From the NCBI GenBank assembly GCA_963781585.1, contig CAWAGQ010000010.1, positions 64,001-128,000 on the forward strand: a stretch of DNA of 64,000 nt. Direction: 5' to 3'. The notes under the pieces were generated by a model. The model ran no database searches, was not told where the DNA came from, and worked only from the letters and a program-made list of their open reading frames with translations. The position numbers were made by a program, and so were the translations under genes. Source of the DNA: an uncultured Gemmatimonadaceae bacterium. GTDB lineage: Bacteria; Gemmatimonadota; Gemmatimonadetes; Gemmatimonadales; Gemmatimonadaceae. Of the stretch, positions 9,464 to 19,103 are shown piece by piece (the first letter of the stretch is position 1; each line of letters opens with the position of its first letter).

Positions 9464-11959
9464 ATGCCAGCCATTCTCCGCGGGTTTCGTCCCATCCTTC
9501 GATCGCTCGGACGCAGCCGGGCCTTCACAGCCGCCGCCATCCTGACACTCGGGTTGGGGATGGGGGCCAGCGCGGCGATCTACACGCTGCTGCAGCGCGT
9601 CGTGCTCGATCCACTCCCCTATCCCGATCCCGACCGGCTGGTGCGAGTGAGAAATCCCGTGCCGGGTGTGGGTGCGGACGAGGAGTGGAATATCTCTTCG
9701 GCGCAGTATTTCTACTACACGCAACACGTCCACCTGTTGGCGCAGATCGGCGTCTACTCGCAGGATGGGTCCAACTTCACGTCGACGCAGGCGCCGCAGC
9801 GCGTCCGCGTGGCAAGTGTGTCCGCGCCGGTGCTGGGCCTCATCGGGGCGCACCCCGCGCGGGGGCGACTCCTGGGTGCGGATGACGATCGCCCGGGCGC
9901 CGCGCCGGTGGTGATGCTGTCGTACAATTTCTGGCAGCGTCAGTTCGGCGGGGACGCCTCGGTCGTCGGGAGCACCATTCGCCTGGACGACCAGCCGTGC
10001 CAGGTGATCGGCGTGATGGCGCGTGGCGTGGAGCTCCCGCCCGATCGGGGAGAGACGATGCGCACGGCGAGCGATGTCTGGGTCACCAAGCAGCTCGATC
10101 CGGCGGGTCCGTTCTACAACAATCACGTGCTCCCGGCGATCGCGCGGCTGGCGCCCGGTGCGACACCGACGGCAGCGGAGCGGGAGCTGGCACAGTTGCG
10201 GTCGCAGTTGCCGGAGGCGTTTCCGCGTGCGTACTCGCAGGAGTTCTTTGACCGGTACGGCTTTCACGCTCGCCTCTACGACCTCAAGCAGTTCGTGGTG
10301 GGAGACGCGGCGCGCAACCTGTGGATCCTGTTTGCGGCGGTGGGTCTGGTGCTGCTCATTGCCTGTGCCAACGTGGCCAATCTGCTGCTCGTGCGACTGG
10401 AGGGACGGCGCCGCGACACCGCCATTCGTACGGCGTTAGGCGCGGGGTGGCGCGAACTATCTGGTGACGCCTTGCGCGAGGGCGCAGTGCTGGCCACCGC
10501 CGGAGGCGCGCTGGCGCTGCTGCTCGGGTACCTGAGCACGCGGTGGCTGGTGTCGCTGGCGCCGTCGGGGTTGCCGAGGCTGGAGGAGATCCGGCTCGAC
10601 CTGCACAGCCTCGCGTTCGCGCTCGGCATGGCGGTCGCCGTTGCCCTCGCACTGGCGCTGGTGCCCGCGCTGCAGTTCCGGTCTCCGGCACACGTCGGCT
10701 CGCTCAGCGAAGGTGGACGGGGCGGGACGGCCGGTGTGGACCGCCATCGCCTGCGGGGCGCCCTGGTGATTTCCCAGGTGGCGCTGGCGCTCATCCTGGT
10801 GGTGAGCGCGGGGTTGCTGCTGCGCAGCTTCACGCGGCTCCGGTCGGTGAACCCGGGAGTGAATCCCGGCGGCGTGCTCACTGTGCAGCTGTACCTCCCG
10901 TATCAGCGCTATGACAGCGTGTCGAAAGTGTGGCGCTTCTACTCGGCGATGGTCGAGCGGTTGCGCGCGACGCCCGGCGTGAGCGCTGCGGGCGTGTCCG
11001 AAGGACTGCCGTTCCAGGACAGTTACGGTTGCACGGTGCAGGGTTTCGAGGACAAGGCCGTGTATCAGCGCGTGAAGGACGCCAACATGACCACGTGCGC
11101 CGGCCAGGAAGCCACATCGCCGGGCTTCCTCGAGACTCTCGGCATTCCGTTGATTGCCGGCCGGATGTTCACGGCCGGCGACAACGAGGAGCCGAAGGCC
11201 GGCGCCGTGGTCGTGAGCAAGGCGTTCGCGGATCGCTTCTGGCCCGGTGAGAATCCGATCGGGAAGGGGGTGAATCCGAACGGTCGCGACGGTCCCACGT
11301 TCTACCATGTGGTTGGTGTCGTGGGCGACGTGCATGGGTCGTCGGTGGTCGATGCCCCGGCAATCGCGATCTACTATCCGGTGGTGCCGATGCCGACCGT
11401 GCGTTTCAACGCACCGCGCGGTGTGTATCTCGTGGTACGGACGTCGAAGAGTGATCCCCTGTCGTATCTGGCGGCCGTACGGAACGCCGTCGCGGCAATC
11501 GATCCCGCGATTCCGCTCGCGAACGCGGCGTCAATGGACACGATCGTCGCGCAATCGATGAGCCGGCTCACCTTCATGATGACGCTGCTCGCCATCGCCG
11601 GCGTGGTTGCGCTGCTGCTGGCGGCGATCGGCCTCTACGGTCTCATTTCCTATGTGGTGGGGCGTCGCACGAACGAAATCGGTGTGCGGCTGGCGCTCGG
11701 CGCACAGCCGGGGCAGGTGCAGGGCCTGATCGTGCGCGGCGCCGTCGGTCTCACCCTGGTGGGCCTGGTGTGTGGCATCGCGGGCGCGGCGGTGTTCACG
11801 CGCGTGCTCCGCGGCCTCCTGTACGGCGTTGCCGCATCGGATCCGTGGTCCTATCTGCTCGCGTGCGTAGTGTTGGCGACGGTGGCCGCGGTCGCGGCGT
11901 GGGTGCCGGCGCGGCGCGCCGCTCGCGTCGATCCCACGGTGGCGCTCCGGTTCGACTGA
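9464..11959 (+). CDS. Duplicated MacB/FtsX-type ABC permease (ADOP family), second copy
   Basis: LLIACANVANLLL, RTNEIGVRLALGA and RRAARVDPTVALRFD; GAGGA RBS before ATG 9464. Confidence 0.92.
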   Translation: MPAILRGFRPILRSLGRSRAFTAAAILTLGLGMGASAAIYTLLQRVVLDPLPYPDPDRLVRVRNPVPGVGADEEWNISSAQYFYYTQHVHLLAQIGVYSQDGSNFTSTQAPQRVRVASVSAPVLGLIGAHPARGRLLGADDDRPGAAPVVMLSYNFWQRQFGGDASVVGSTIRLDDQPCQVIGVMARGVELPPDRGETMRTASDVWVTKQLDPAGPFYNNHVLPAIARLAPGATPTAAERELAQLRSQLPEAFPRAYSQEFFDRYGFHARLYDLKQFVVGDAARNLWILFAAVGLVLLIACANVANLLLVRLEGRRRDTAIRTALGAGWRELSGDALREGAVLATAGGALALLLGYLSTRWLVSLAPSGLPRLEEIRLDLHSLAFALGMAVAVALALALVPALQFRSPAHVGSLSEGGRGGTAGVDRHRLRGALVISQVALALILVVSAGLLLRSFTRLRSVNPGVNPGGVLTVQLYLPYQRYDSVSKVWRFYSAMVERLRATPGVSAAGVSEGLPFQDSYGCTVQGFEDKAVYQRVKDANMTTCAGQEATSPGFLETLGIPLIAGRMFTAGDNEEPKAGAVVVSKAFADRFWPGENPIGKGVNPNGRDGPTFYHVVGVVGDVHGSSVVDAPAIAIYYPVVPMPTVRFNAPRGVYLVVRTSKSDPLSYLAAVRNAVAAIDPAIPLANAASMDTIVAQSMSRLTFMMTLLAIAGVVALLLAAIGLYGLISYVVGRRTNEIGVRLALGAQPGQVQGLIVRGAVGLTLVGLVCGIAGAAVFTRVLRGLLYGVAASDPWSYLLACVVLATVAAVAAWVPARRAARVDPTVALRFD

Positions 11960-12013
11960 CGCGCTTCGATCAGGCGAACAGCTGCCCGTGCGCTGGACCG
12001 GCCGAGGCCGGCG

Positions 12014-12793
12014 TCAGCCGCCCCCGGCGGCGGGCGGATGCAATCCGGCCTCCAGCACACCGGCCATCACGCCGTATCCGCCGGTGATGCGATGCCCGCC
12101 ATCGCGCTCGACGCGGCTGACGACGGTCGTGTCCACGTCGCGGCACAGCGAATCGCGATCATCCCGCCCGTACACGCAGAGGACGCGAAGTCCGCGCAGG
12201 CGCTCCACCTCCGGAGCCACGGGAACGTCGTCCGGCCGGGAAACGTCGCGCACGAGATCGCTCAGGTGGAACTGGAAGTTCGCCTGCCGGCCTGGACTCA
12301 CCAGCGCTACCATGTTAACCCGCTCGCGAAGGTCGGCCGGTAGCCGGGCGGCGATGAACGGAGCAACGTCGGCGCCGCGCGAATAACCGAGGAGCAGGAG
12401 GCGGTCGCGATTCCAGCGGGAGAGATAGCTGCGCGACAGGCATTCCACGTCCCAGGCGGCTTCGTCGGGATCCCGCTTCTGGCGCAGATACGCGCGCATA
12501 TTGAGGCCGACGATATCGGCGCCATGGACGAGCAGGCCCTGCGCGACCCGCTCGTCGGCGCGCGCCCAGCCGCCATCGCCGGTAAGCAGCACGACAAGGG
12601 TCGGGTTCGAGTCCGGCGACGCGCGTCGCTCGATGGCCGGAAGCCGCGCGGTGCGGAGGGAGTCACACGGCGCGCGCTGCACCCACGCGTGGGCGGTGGA
12701 GGGCGTGGCCAGGAACAGGGCCACCACCGGGAGGCACCGGTTCAGGGGAAACCGCGACCCCGACTTCGACTCCGATCCCATCTTCCTGTTCAC
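12014..12793 (-). CDS. AcvB/VirJ-family aminoacyl-phosphatidylglycerol hydrolase-like protein (single domain)
   Basis: TGDGGW, nucleophile motif GYSRGAD, CVYG...SLC and GGHR; signal peptide. Start is uncertain. Confidence 0.85.
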   Translation of the reverse strand: MNRKMGSESKSGSRFPLNRCLPVVALFLATPSTAHAWVQRAPCDSLRTARLPAIERRASPDSNPTLVVLLTGDGGWARADERVAQGLLVHGADIVGLNMRAYLRQKRDPDEAAWDVECLSRSYLSRWNRDRLLLLGYSRGADVAPFIAARLPADLRERVNMVALVSPGRQANFQFHLSDLVRDVSRPDDVPVAPEVERLRGLRVLCVYGRDDRDSLCRDVDTTVVSRVERDGGHRITGGYGVMAGVLEAGLHPPAAGGG

Positions 12794-13040
12794 CTCGCGT
12801 CAGGCGTCGGGCTCACGGCCAACGAGCCGCCGATCGAGCACCGAGTGTACACCGCAGCCGGTTCGCGGAAGCCACGGCAATCGAGCGCACCCGCGGTGCC
12901 GCCGGCTCTACCATCCCGGGACAGGGCGCCGTAATCTCTCGTTTAGAATCGGTTCGTTAAGAGTTAAGGTCCGCGCCAGACCTCCAGGACCAGCACCGCC
13001 GATTCGTTCGGACGAATCACTTCGGTCTCTCTCGAGCCGT

Positions 13041-13982
13041 ATGTCTCTGCTCTCGCTCGACAGCGTAACGAAGCGCTTCGACAGCATCGTGGCCGTGAAC
13101 GACGTGTCGTTCACCGTCAGCCGCGGCGAAGTAGTCGGCTTTCTCGGCCCCAATGGTGCCGGGAAGTCGACCACCATGCGCATGATCACGCAGGTGTTCG
13201 ACCCCGACGCCGGCGTGATTCGGCTGGACGGCGTCCCGCTGGACGACGCCGGGCGCGACGCGAAGCGGCGCATCGGCTTCCTGCCCGAGAACAATCCGCT
13301 GTACACCGAGATGCTCGTCTCCGAGTATCTCGACTTCGTGGCCAGCCTCCGCGAGCTCGAAGGCGACGTGAGGCGCAGGGCGGTCGACGAAGCCGTGTCT
13401 GCGACGGCGATCGGCGATGTGTACTACCGACCGATCGGCGAGCTGTCGAAGGGATTCAGGCAGCGGGTCGGACTGGCGGCCGCGATTCTCCATCGTCCCG
13501 ATCTGCTGGTTCTCGACGAGCCGACCGAAGGCCTCGACCCGAATCAGCGGGTGGAGATCCGGCGCCTCATCGCGGCGCTCGGACGCGAGCGCACCGTCAT
13601 GCTGTCGACCCATGTGCTTCCCGAGGTGCAGCACACCTGTTCGCGGGTGATCATCATCAATCGCGGAGCCATCGTGGCCGACGGTACGGTGGACGTTCTC
13701 GCCGCGCGCGCGGCGGAAGGAGCGCGGGTAAGCGTTGAGGCGACGGGAGACGACATCGAAGCGCAGGTGGCGCGCCTGGACGGTGTACAGGTGACCGAAC
13801 GCCGGGAGTCCGGCGACCGCCGGGTGCGACTCTCGCTGTCGATCACGGGGGAACGCGACGTGCGACCGGAAATCTTCGAGCTGGCAAAGTCGCGCGGATG
13901 GACGCTGTTCGAGCTCCATCAGGAAGCCGCCAGCCTCGAGGATCTCTTCCGCGAGTTGACCGCCGTGGAGGCCGCGCCATGA
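13041..13982 (+). CDS. ABC transporter ATP-binding protein (GldA-like)
   Basis: Walker A GPNGAGKST, signature LSKGFRQR, Walker B LLVLDEPT. Confidence 0.92.
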   Translation: MSLLSLDSVTKRFDSIVAVNDVSFTVSRGEVVGFLGPNGAGKSTTMRMITQVFDPDAGVIRLDGVPLDDAGRDAKRRIGFLPENNPLYTEMLVSEYLDFVASLRELEGDVRRRAVDEAVSATAIGDVYYRPIGELSKGFRQRVGLAAAILHRPDLLVLDEPTEGLDPNQRVEIRRLIAALGRERTVMLSTHVLPEVQHTCSRVIIINRGAIVADGTVDVLAARAAEGARVSVEATGDDIEAQVARLDGVQVTERRESGDRRVRLSLSITGERDVRPEIFELAKSRGWTLFELHQEAASLEDLFRELTAVEAAP

Positions 13983-16219
13983 CGCGCGTCTGGACGATTG
14001 CGCGGCGCGAGTGGCGGGCGCTGTTCGACCATCCCACGGGATACGTCCTGCTGGTGGTCTTCGCCGCCGTCAATTCCTTCCTGTTCTTTCGTCAGGCGTA
14101 TCTGTCCAACGTCGCCAGCCTGCGCCCGATGCTCGACCTGCTGCCGTGGGTCTTCCTGTTCTTCGTGCCCGCGGTTGCCATGCGGACGCTGGCCGAGGAC
14201 AATCGCAGCGGGATGCTCGAGGTGGTGCTGACGCAATCCCTGACTGAAGGCGAACTGGTGGCCGGGAAATACCTGGGGGCGGTGCTGTTCCTGTGGTGCG
14301 CGCTGTCGGTCACGTTTGCCATTCCGCTGGGGCTGTCGCTGGGCGCCCACCTGCATTGGGGGACGATCGTCGCGCAGTATGTTGGCGCGGCGCTCCTGGC
14401 GGCGGGGATGTGCGGTGTCGGCGTCTGGGCATCGACCCTTACCCGCAGCCAGATCATGGCGTTCATCCTGGCGGTATCGGTGATGTTCGTGCTGATCCTG
14501 CTTGGCCTGAATCCGCTCATCGTCGGGCTGCCGCCGTCGCTGGGCAGTGTGGCCGCGCGCATCGGTGTCCTTTCGCACTTCGAGAATATCGGGCGTGGCG
14601 TGATCGACCTGCGGGACGCCATCTACTTCCTGTCGCTGGCGGGCCTGTTTCTCGTCTTCTCCTACGGTGCGCTGTTGCGACGCAAGCTGGCGCCCGGCGG
14701 CGCCCCCGCGCGCCGCATGCGGATGGGCATGGTGCTCGTCACCGGCATCCTGGTAGTGGTGAACCTGCTGGGTGGGTACATCGGAGGGCGGCTGGACCTC
14801 ACTCCCGGCCATGCGTACACCCTCTCCGGCACCACCAGGCAGCTTGTCGGGAGTCTCGGCGACATCCTCACGGTCAAGGTCTTCGCTTCCGACGCGCTGC
14901 CGACCGAGATTTCGCTGATCAAACGCGACGTGGATGATCTTCTGGCCGACATTCGCTCGTCGGGGAAGGGGAAGGTGCGCGTGGTGACGCGCAATCCGAC
15001 GGACGACGAATCCGCGCGCCGCGATGCCGGCAGTCTGGGCATCAGGCCGGTGCAGTTCAACGTGGTGGGGCAGAGCGAGCTCCAGGTAAAGGAAGGGTAT
15101 CTCGGGCTCGCCCTCCAGTACGGCGGACAGACCGAGATCATCCCGTTCATCGATCACACCGACGACCTGGAGTACCGGATCGCGTCGGACGTGCGAGCGC
15201 TCACGCGCACCGGCAAGTCGGCGGTGGCGATCGCCAGCAGCGTCAGCACGCCTAACGGCGGTGTCGAGGACCTGCGGACGCAACTGGCCAAGTCGTACGA
15301 GGTGCGCGATCTGTCGCTGAGCGACGCGGCCCAGCCGGCGGCCGACGTGGCCGCGGTGGTGCTGGCCGGGGTCCCCGATTCCCTGCCGGCAGGCGCCGCC
15401 GACCGTCTGACGGCGTACCTCCGGCGTGGCGGCAGCGTGCTGGTACTGGCAAACGGCATGCAGCTCTCGCCCCAGATGCCGATCGCGATGCCCCGCCCGG
15501 TCACGTGGAACGACGTGCTGAAGCCCCTGGGCGTGTCGGTGCGCAGCGACATGGTGTATGACCTGCTCACGGCCGAATCGGTGCCGGGGCGATCGACGTT
15601 CATGGGCATGCGCGTGATGCAGCGGTATCCCTTCTTCTTTCACGCCAACAGCACGGGGAAGTCCGTCGTCAATCGACAGGTGAGCGATGTCCTGCTGACC
15701 TGGCCCAGCAGCATCGACACGACCGGCGCCAGGCCGGGGACTATCACGCCCCTCCTCGTGTCGAGCCGCGGTTCGGGGGTCGCCACCGGCGAGACGACGA
15801 TCGATCCCGGACGTGATTTTCCGCAGACTGACCTCGCTCCGCGCCTGCTGGCCGTCCAGGTGGCGGCGGGTGCCGCGAACGACACGACCGCGCCCCGCGG
15901 GCGCGCCATCGTGATTGGTGACGCGACCTTCGCCAGCGACCCATTCGCCGAACAGGCACCGGAGAACCTCGACTTCGTGCTCAACGCGGTGGACTGGCTC
16001 GCGCAGGACGAGGCCCTGATCGCCATCCGTTCGAAGGACCGGCGTCCGCCCAGCCTCGCCTTTGCCGGCACCGCGTCGCGCAACGTCGCCAAGTACGGCA
16101 ACATGATCGGCATCCCGGCACTGCTCGCCCTGGCCGGCGTGGTCCGCCTGACGCGTCGCCGTCGCCGCACCCACCGCAGGTACCGGCCCTTGACCTCTGA
16201 GCGGGCGGGTGCGTCATGA
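13979..16219 (+). CDS. Fused ABC-2 permease (GldF-like) and GldG-like auxiliary domain
   Basis: N-terminal ABC-2 permease (AMRTLAEDNRSGMLEVVLT; GRGVIDLRDAIYF), then RLDLT...YTLS and NLDFVLNAVDWLAQDEALIAIRSK. Confidence 0.85.
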   Translation: MTRVWTIARREWRALFDHPTGYVLLVVFAAVNSFLFFRQAYLSNVASLRPMLDLLPWVFLFFVPAVAMRTLAEDNRSGMLEVVLTQSLTEGELVAGKYLGAVLFLWCALSVTFAIPLGLSLGAHLHWGTIVAQYVGAALLAAGMCGVGVWASTLTRSQIMAFILAVSVMFVLILLGLNPLIVGLPPSLGSVAARIGVLSHFENIGRGVIDLRDAIYFLSLAGLFLVFSYGALLRRKLAPGGAPARRMRMGMVLVTGILVVVNLLGGYIGGRLDLTPGHAYTLSGTTRQLVGSLGDILTVKVFASDALPTEISLIKRDVDDLLADIRSSGKGKVRVVTRNPTDDESARRDAGSLGIRPVQFNVVGQSELQVKEGYLGLALQYGGQTEIIPFIDHTDDLEYRIASDVRALTRTGKSAVAIASSVSTPNGGVEDLRTQLAKSYEVRDLSLSDAAQPAADVAAVVLAGVPDSLPAGAADRLTAYLRRGGSVLVLANGMQLSPQMPIAMPRPVTWNDVLKPLGVSVRSDMVYDLLTAESVPGRSTFMGMRVMQRYPFFFHANSTGKSVVNRQVSDVLLTWPSSIDTTGARPGTITPLLVSSRGSGVATGETTIDPGRDFPQTDLAPRLLAVQVAAGAANDTTAPRGRAIVIGDATFASDPFAEQAPENLDFVLNAVDWLAQDEALIAIRSKDRRPPSLAFAGTASRNVAKYGNMIGIPALLALAGVVRLTRRRRRTHRRYRPLTSERAGAS

Positions 16220-17133
16220 GTCGCTCCCTGCTGCAACGCCTGCTCCTGGTTCTCGTCGGCGTGCTGGTGCTGTGGGGCGTCGCCGCGATCACCCGTCGCT
16301 CCCGGCAGGATCGCCCGATCGCATTCGCGATTCCTCATATCGATACCGCGGCGGTGGACACCGTGTCGATCTCGAGTCCTCGCGACACCATCCTGCTCGG
16401 TCGCGGACCAGGCGGAACGTGGCGCGTGAACGACCAGGCGGCCGCCGCGACCGAAATGAGCGACCTCCTTCGTGCTCTGGTGGATACCGACGCGTGGGGA
16501 GAATTGGTCGCGCAGAGCGCGGAGTCGCAGGCGCGACTCGGCGTGGCTGCCGACAGCGCGAAGCGTTTCCGGGTGGCGAGTCACGGCCGGACGGTGTTGA
16601 ACCTGCTGACCGGCAAGCAGACCAGCGACTACGGTGGCGTCTACGTCCGCCGTGACGGCGAGGACGCCGTGTATGCGTGGCACGGCGGTTTTGCGTCCGC
16701 GCTCGTTCGTGCGCCTGACGAGTGGCGCGACAAGCGGATCGCGAGCGTGGCGGCCGACAGTGTGGCGGCCATCGAGATTCAGCGCGGGCCGAGCCGGTAC
16801 TCGCTGCGGCGATCGGGGAAGTCATGGAAGGTGGGAGCGAACGCCGATGCCGATTCGGGGGTGGTGGCGCGCGTCCTGGAGGCGTACGGCGACCTGCGCG
16901 CGTCGGGTTTCGCGACACCGGCGCAGGCCGACTCGGCGGATTTCCGCCATCCCGATCGTCACACGCGACTCGTCTCGAGGGCCGGAGCGACTCTGGTGAG
17001 CCTGGTGTTCGATTCCACGGGCAGCGGCGTGTGGACGCGCGCCGACACCGGCGGCACGGTGTTCAAGCTCGACGCGTGGATGCTGGAGCAGTTGACGCCG
17101 GCGGAGAGCAGCGTCCGAAAGAAGAGGCCATAG
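16216..17133 (+). CDS. DUF4340-like protein (GldG-associated)
   Basis: N-terminal TM, internal duplication, WRDKRI motif; ATGA-coupled to the GldF/G gene. Confidence 0.75.
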   Translation: MSRSLLQRLLLVLVGVLVLWGVAAITRRSRQDRPIAFAIPHIDTAAVDTVSISSPRDTILLGRGPGGTWRVNDQAAAATEMSDLLRALVDTDAWGELVAQSAESQARLGVAADSAKRFRVASHGRTVLNLLTGKQTSDYGGVYVRRDGEDAVYAWHGGFASALVRAPDEWRDKRIASVAADSVAAIEIQRGPSRYSLRRSGKSWKVGANADADSGVVARVLEAYGDLRASGFATPAQADSADFRHPDRHTRLVSRAGATLVSLVFDSTGSGVWTRADTGGTVFKLDAWMLEQLTPAESSVRKKRP

Positions 17134-17282
17134 CCGCCGGAACGAAGGGCAGGGGGGAGGGGCCGCGGACCAGAGGTCATGGTCAAGAGCCGGGGCCATC
17201 GGGTCCGGACGAGGGCTGCGCTGGCTCCCGATAGCACCCGCGGGTAGGTTCAGCCGGCCTCCAATCTCCGAGTGTCGGGATC

Positions 17283-19034
17283 ATGCCGGTGTCGCTGCGG
17301 TCCGCCCTTCTCGTCCTGCCTTCGTGCGCCGTGGTGGCGGCAGGCTGTTCGTCGCACCCGGCGCCAGCCGATCTCGTCCTCATGCACGGCCGCGTCTACA
17401 CGCTGCGCTGGGCCGAGCCGTCCCTCGACGGCACGCCATCAGCGGCCGCTCCCCACGATACCAATGGCTGGCATCCCGACGCGCAGGCGATCGCGATCCG
17501 CGGCGGTACGATTCTGTACGTGGGCGATGATGCCGGTATCGAGCCGTATCGGGGGCCGGCGACGCAGGTGGTGGATCTGGCGGGCGCCACCGCCGTGCCG
17601 GGCCTGATCGACGCCCACGTCCACCTGGCCACGCTCGGTGAGAAGCTTTCGCTGCTCGATCTGACGGGGGTGCCTGACGAGAGCGAGGCGGTGGCGCGCG
17701 TGGTGGCACGGGCTCGTGACGCAGCGCCGGGAGAGTGGATCCTCGGGACCGGATGGGACGAAGGAGCCTGGGCCAACCGATATCCCACCATGGAGCGTCT
17801 GAGCCGCAGCGTGCCGGATCATCCCGTCTACCTGCGCGGGTTGCACGGTTTCGCGGCCTGGGGGAACCGACTGGCCTTCGAGCGCGCCGGCATCGGCCGC
17901 AACACACCCAACCCGCCGGGCGGGCAGATCCTGCGGGATCCGCGCGGCAATCCCACCGGCATCGTCCTCAACAGCGCCGTCGGCCTGCTGGCCAAGGCCG
18001 TTCCACCACGCACCGCCGAGCAGATGCAGCGCGACATCCGTGCCGCACTCATCGCGATGGCGCGGGCCGGCTACGTCTCGGTGCACGAGGCCGGTGCCGA
18101 CAGCGCCGAGCTGGCGGCGTTTCAGGCGCTGGCGCAGCGGAACGAGCTCACCATCCGGGTCTACGTGATGCTGCTCGCGACCGATACCGCCCTGTTGCGA
18201 CGGTGGCTGGAGCGGGGGCCGGATACCAGCTCCGGGCGACTGATCGTGCGAGCCGTCAAGGCGTTCGCCGACGGCGCGTTAGGCTCTCGGGGCGCGCGGT
18301 TGCTCGAGGACTATGCCGACGCGCCGGGCGCGCGCGGCATTACGGGCGGCGCCTACGGCTACGACTCCGCGCTGGTGGGCGCCATGATGCGGCGCGGCTT
18401 CCAGATCGCCGTCCATGCCATCGGCGATGCCGCGAATCGCGAGACGCTCGACTTCCTGTCCGCGGCCCACGCCGACGCCCCGCGCGCGGTCGGCACCCGC
18501 AACCGAATCGAGCACGCGCAGGTGCTGAGTCCCGCCGACCTCCCCCGGTTCGCGAGCACGGGCACCATTGCCTCGATGCAGCCCTCGCACGCGGTGGAAG
18601 ACATGGGCTGGGCGGAGGCGCGGCTGGGTTCGTGGCGGATCCGCAATGCCTATGCGTGGAGGTCCCTGCGCCGCAGCGGCGCCCGTCTGGTGTTCAGTTC
18701 CGACCTGCCGGCCACCGACTACAACATCTTCTACGGCCTTCACTCAGCCATCACGCGCCAGGGGAGAGACGGACTTCCGCCGGACGGGTGGTACGTTGAT
18801 CAGCGGATGACTCCCGAGGAAGCGTTGCGCGGGTTCACCACCTGGGCCGCATACGCCGAGTTTGCCGAGGATCGCACGGGCGTGCTGGCGCCAGGACGAA
18901 CCGCCGACCTGACGGTCATGAGTCTCGATCCGCTGGTGACCGGCACCTCCGATCCCCAGGCCCTGCTGCGAGGGAACATCGTGCTGACCGTGGCTGGCGG
19001 ACGGGTGGTGTACGCGGCAGGCGTCACGCAGTAG
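17283..19034 (+). CDS. Amidohydrolase 3 family (YtcJ-like) lipoprotein
   Basis: Lipobox AAGC; PGLIDAHVH, KAFADGALGSRGA, HAIGD, RIEHAQ and SMQPSH. Confidence 0.92.
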   Translation: MPVSLRSALLVLPSCAVVAAGCSSHPAPADLVLMHGRVYTLRWAEPSLDGTPSAAAPHDTNGWHPDAQAIAIRGGTILYVGDDAGIEPYRGPATQVVDLAGATAVPGLIDAHVHLATLGEKLSLLDLTGVPDESEAVARVVARARDAAPGEWILGTGWDEGAWANRYPTMERLSRSVPDHPVYLRGLHGFAAWGNRLAFERAGIGRNTPNPPGGQILRDPRGNPTGIVLNSAVGLLAKAVPPRTAEQMQRDIRAALIAMARAGYVSVHEAGADSAELAAFQALAQRNELTIRVYVMLLATDTALLRRWLERGPDTSSGRLIVRAVKAFADGALGSRGARLLEDYADAPGARGITGGAYGYDSALVGAMMRRGFQIAVHAIGDAANRETLDFLSAAHADAPRAVGTRNRIEHAQVLSPADLPRFASTGTIASMQPSHAVEDMGWAEARLGSWRIRNAYAWRSLRRSGARLVFSSDLPATDYNIFYGLHSAITRQGRDGLPPDGWYVDQRMTPEEALRGFTTWAAYAEFAEDRTGVLAPGRTADLTVMSLDPLVTGTSDPQALLRGNIVLTVAGGRVVYAAGVTQ

Positions 19035-19037
19035 TGC

Positions 19038-19077
19038 GCACCAGGCGGCCGGTCGCATGCGACCGGCCGCCTGGTGC
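19038..19077. terminator. Perfect 40-bp palindrome between convergent genes
   Basis: gcaccaggcggccggtcgcatgcgaccggccgcctggtgc is its own reverse complement. Confidence 0.7.
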
Positions 19078-19103
19078 CTCCTCCTCCTCCTCACCGATGC
19101 CGG

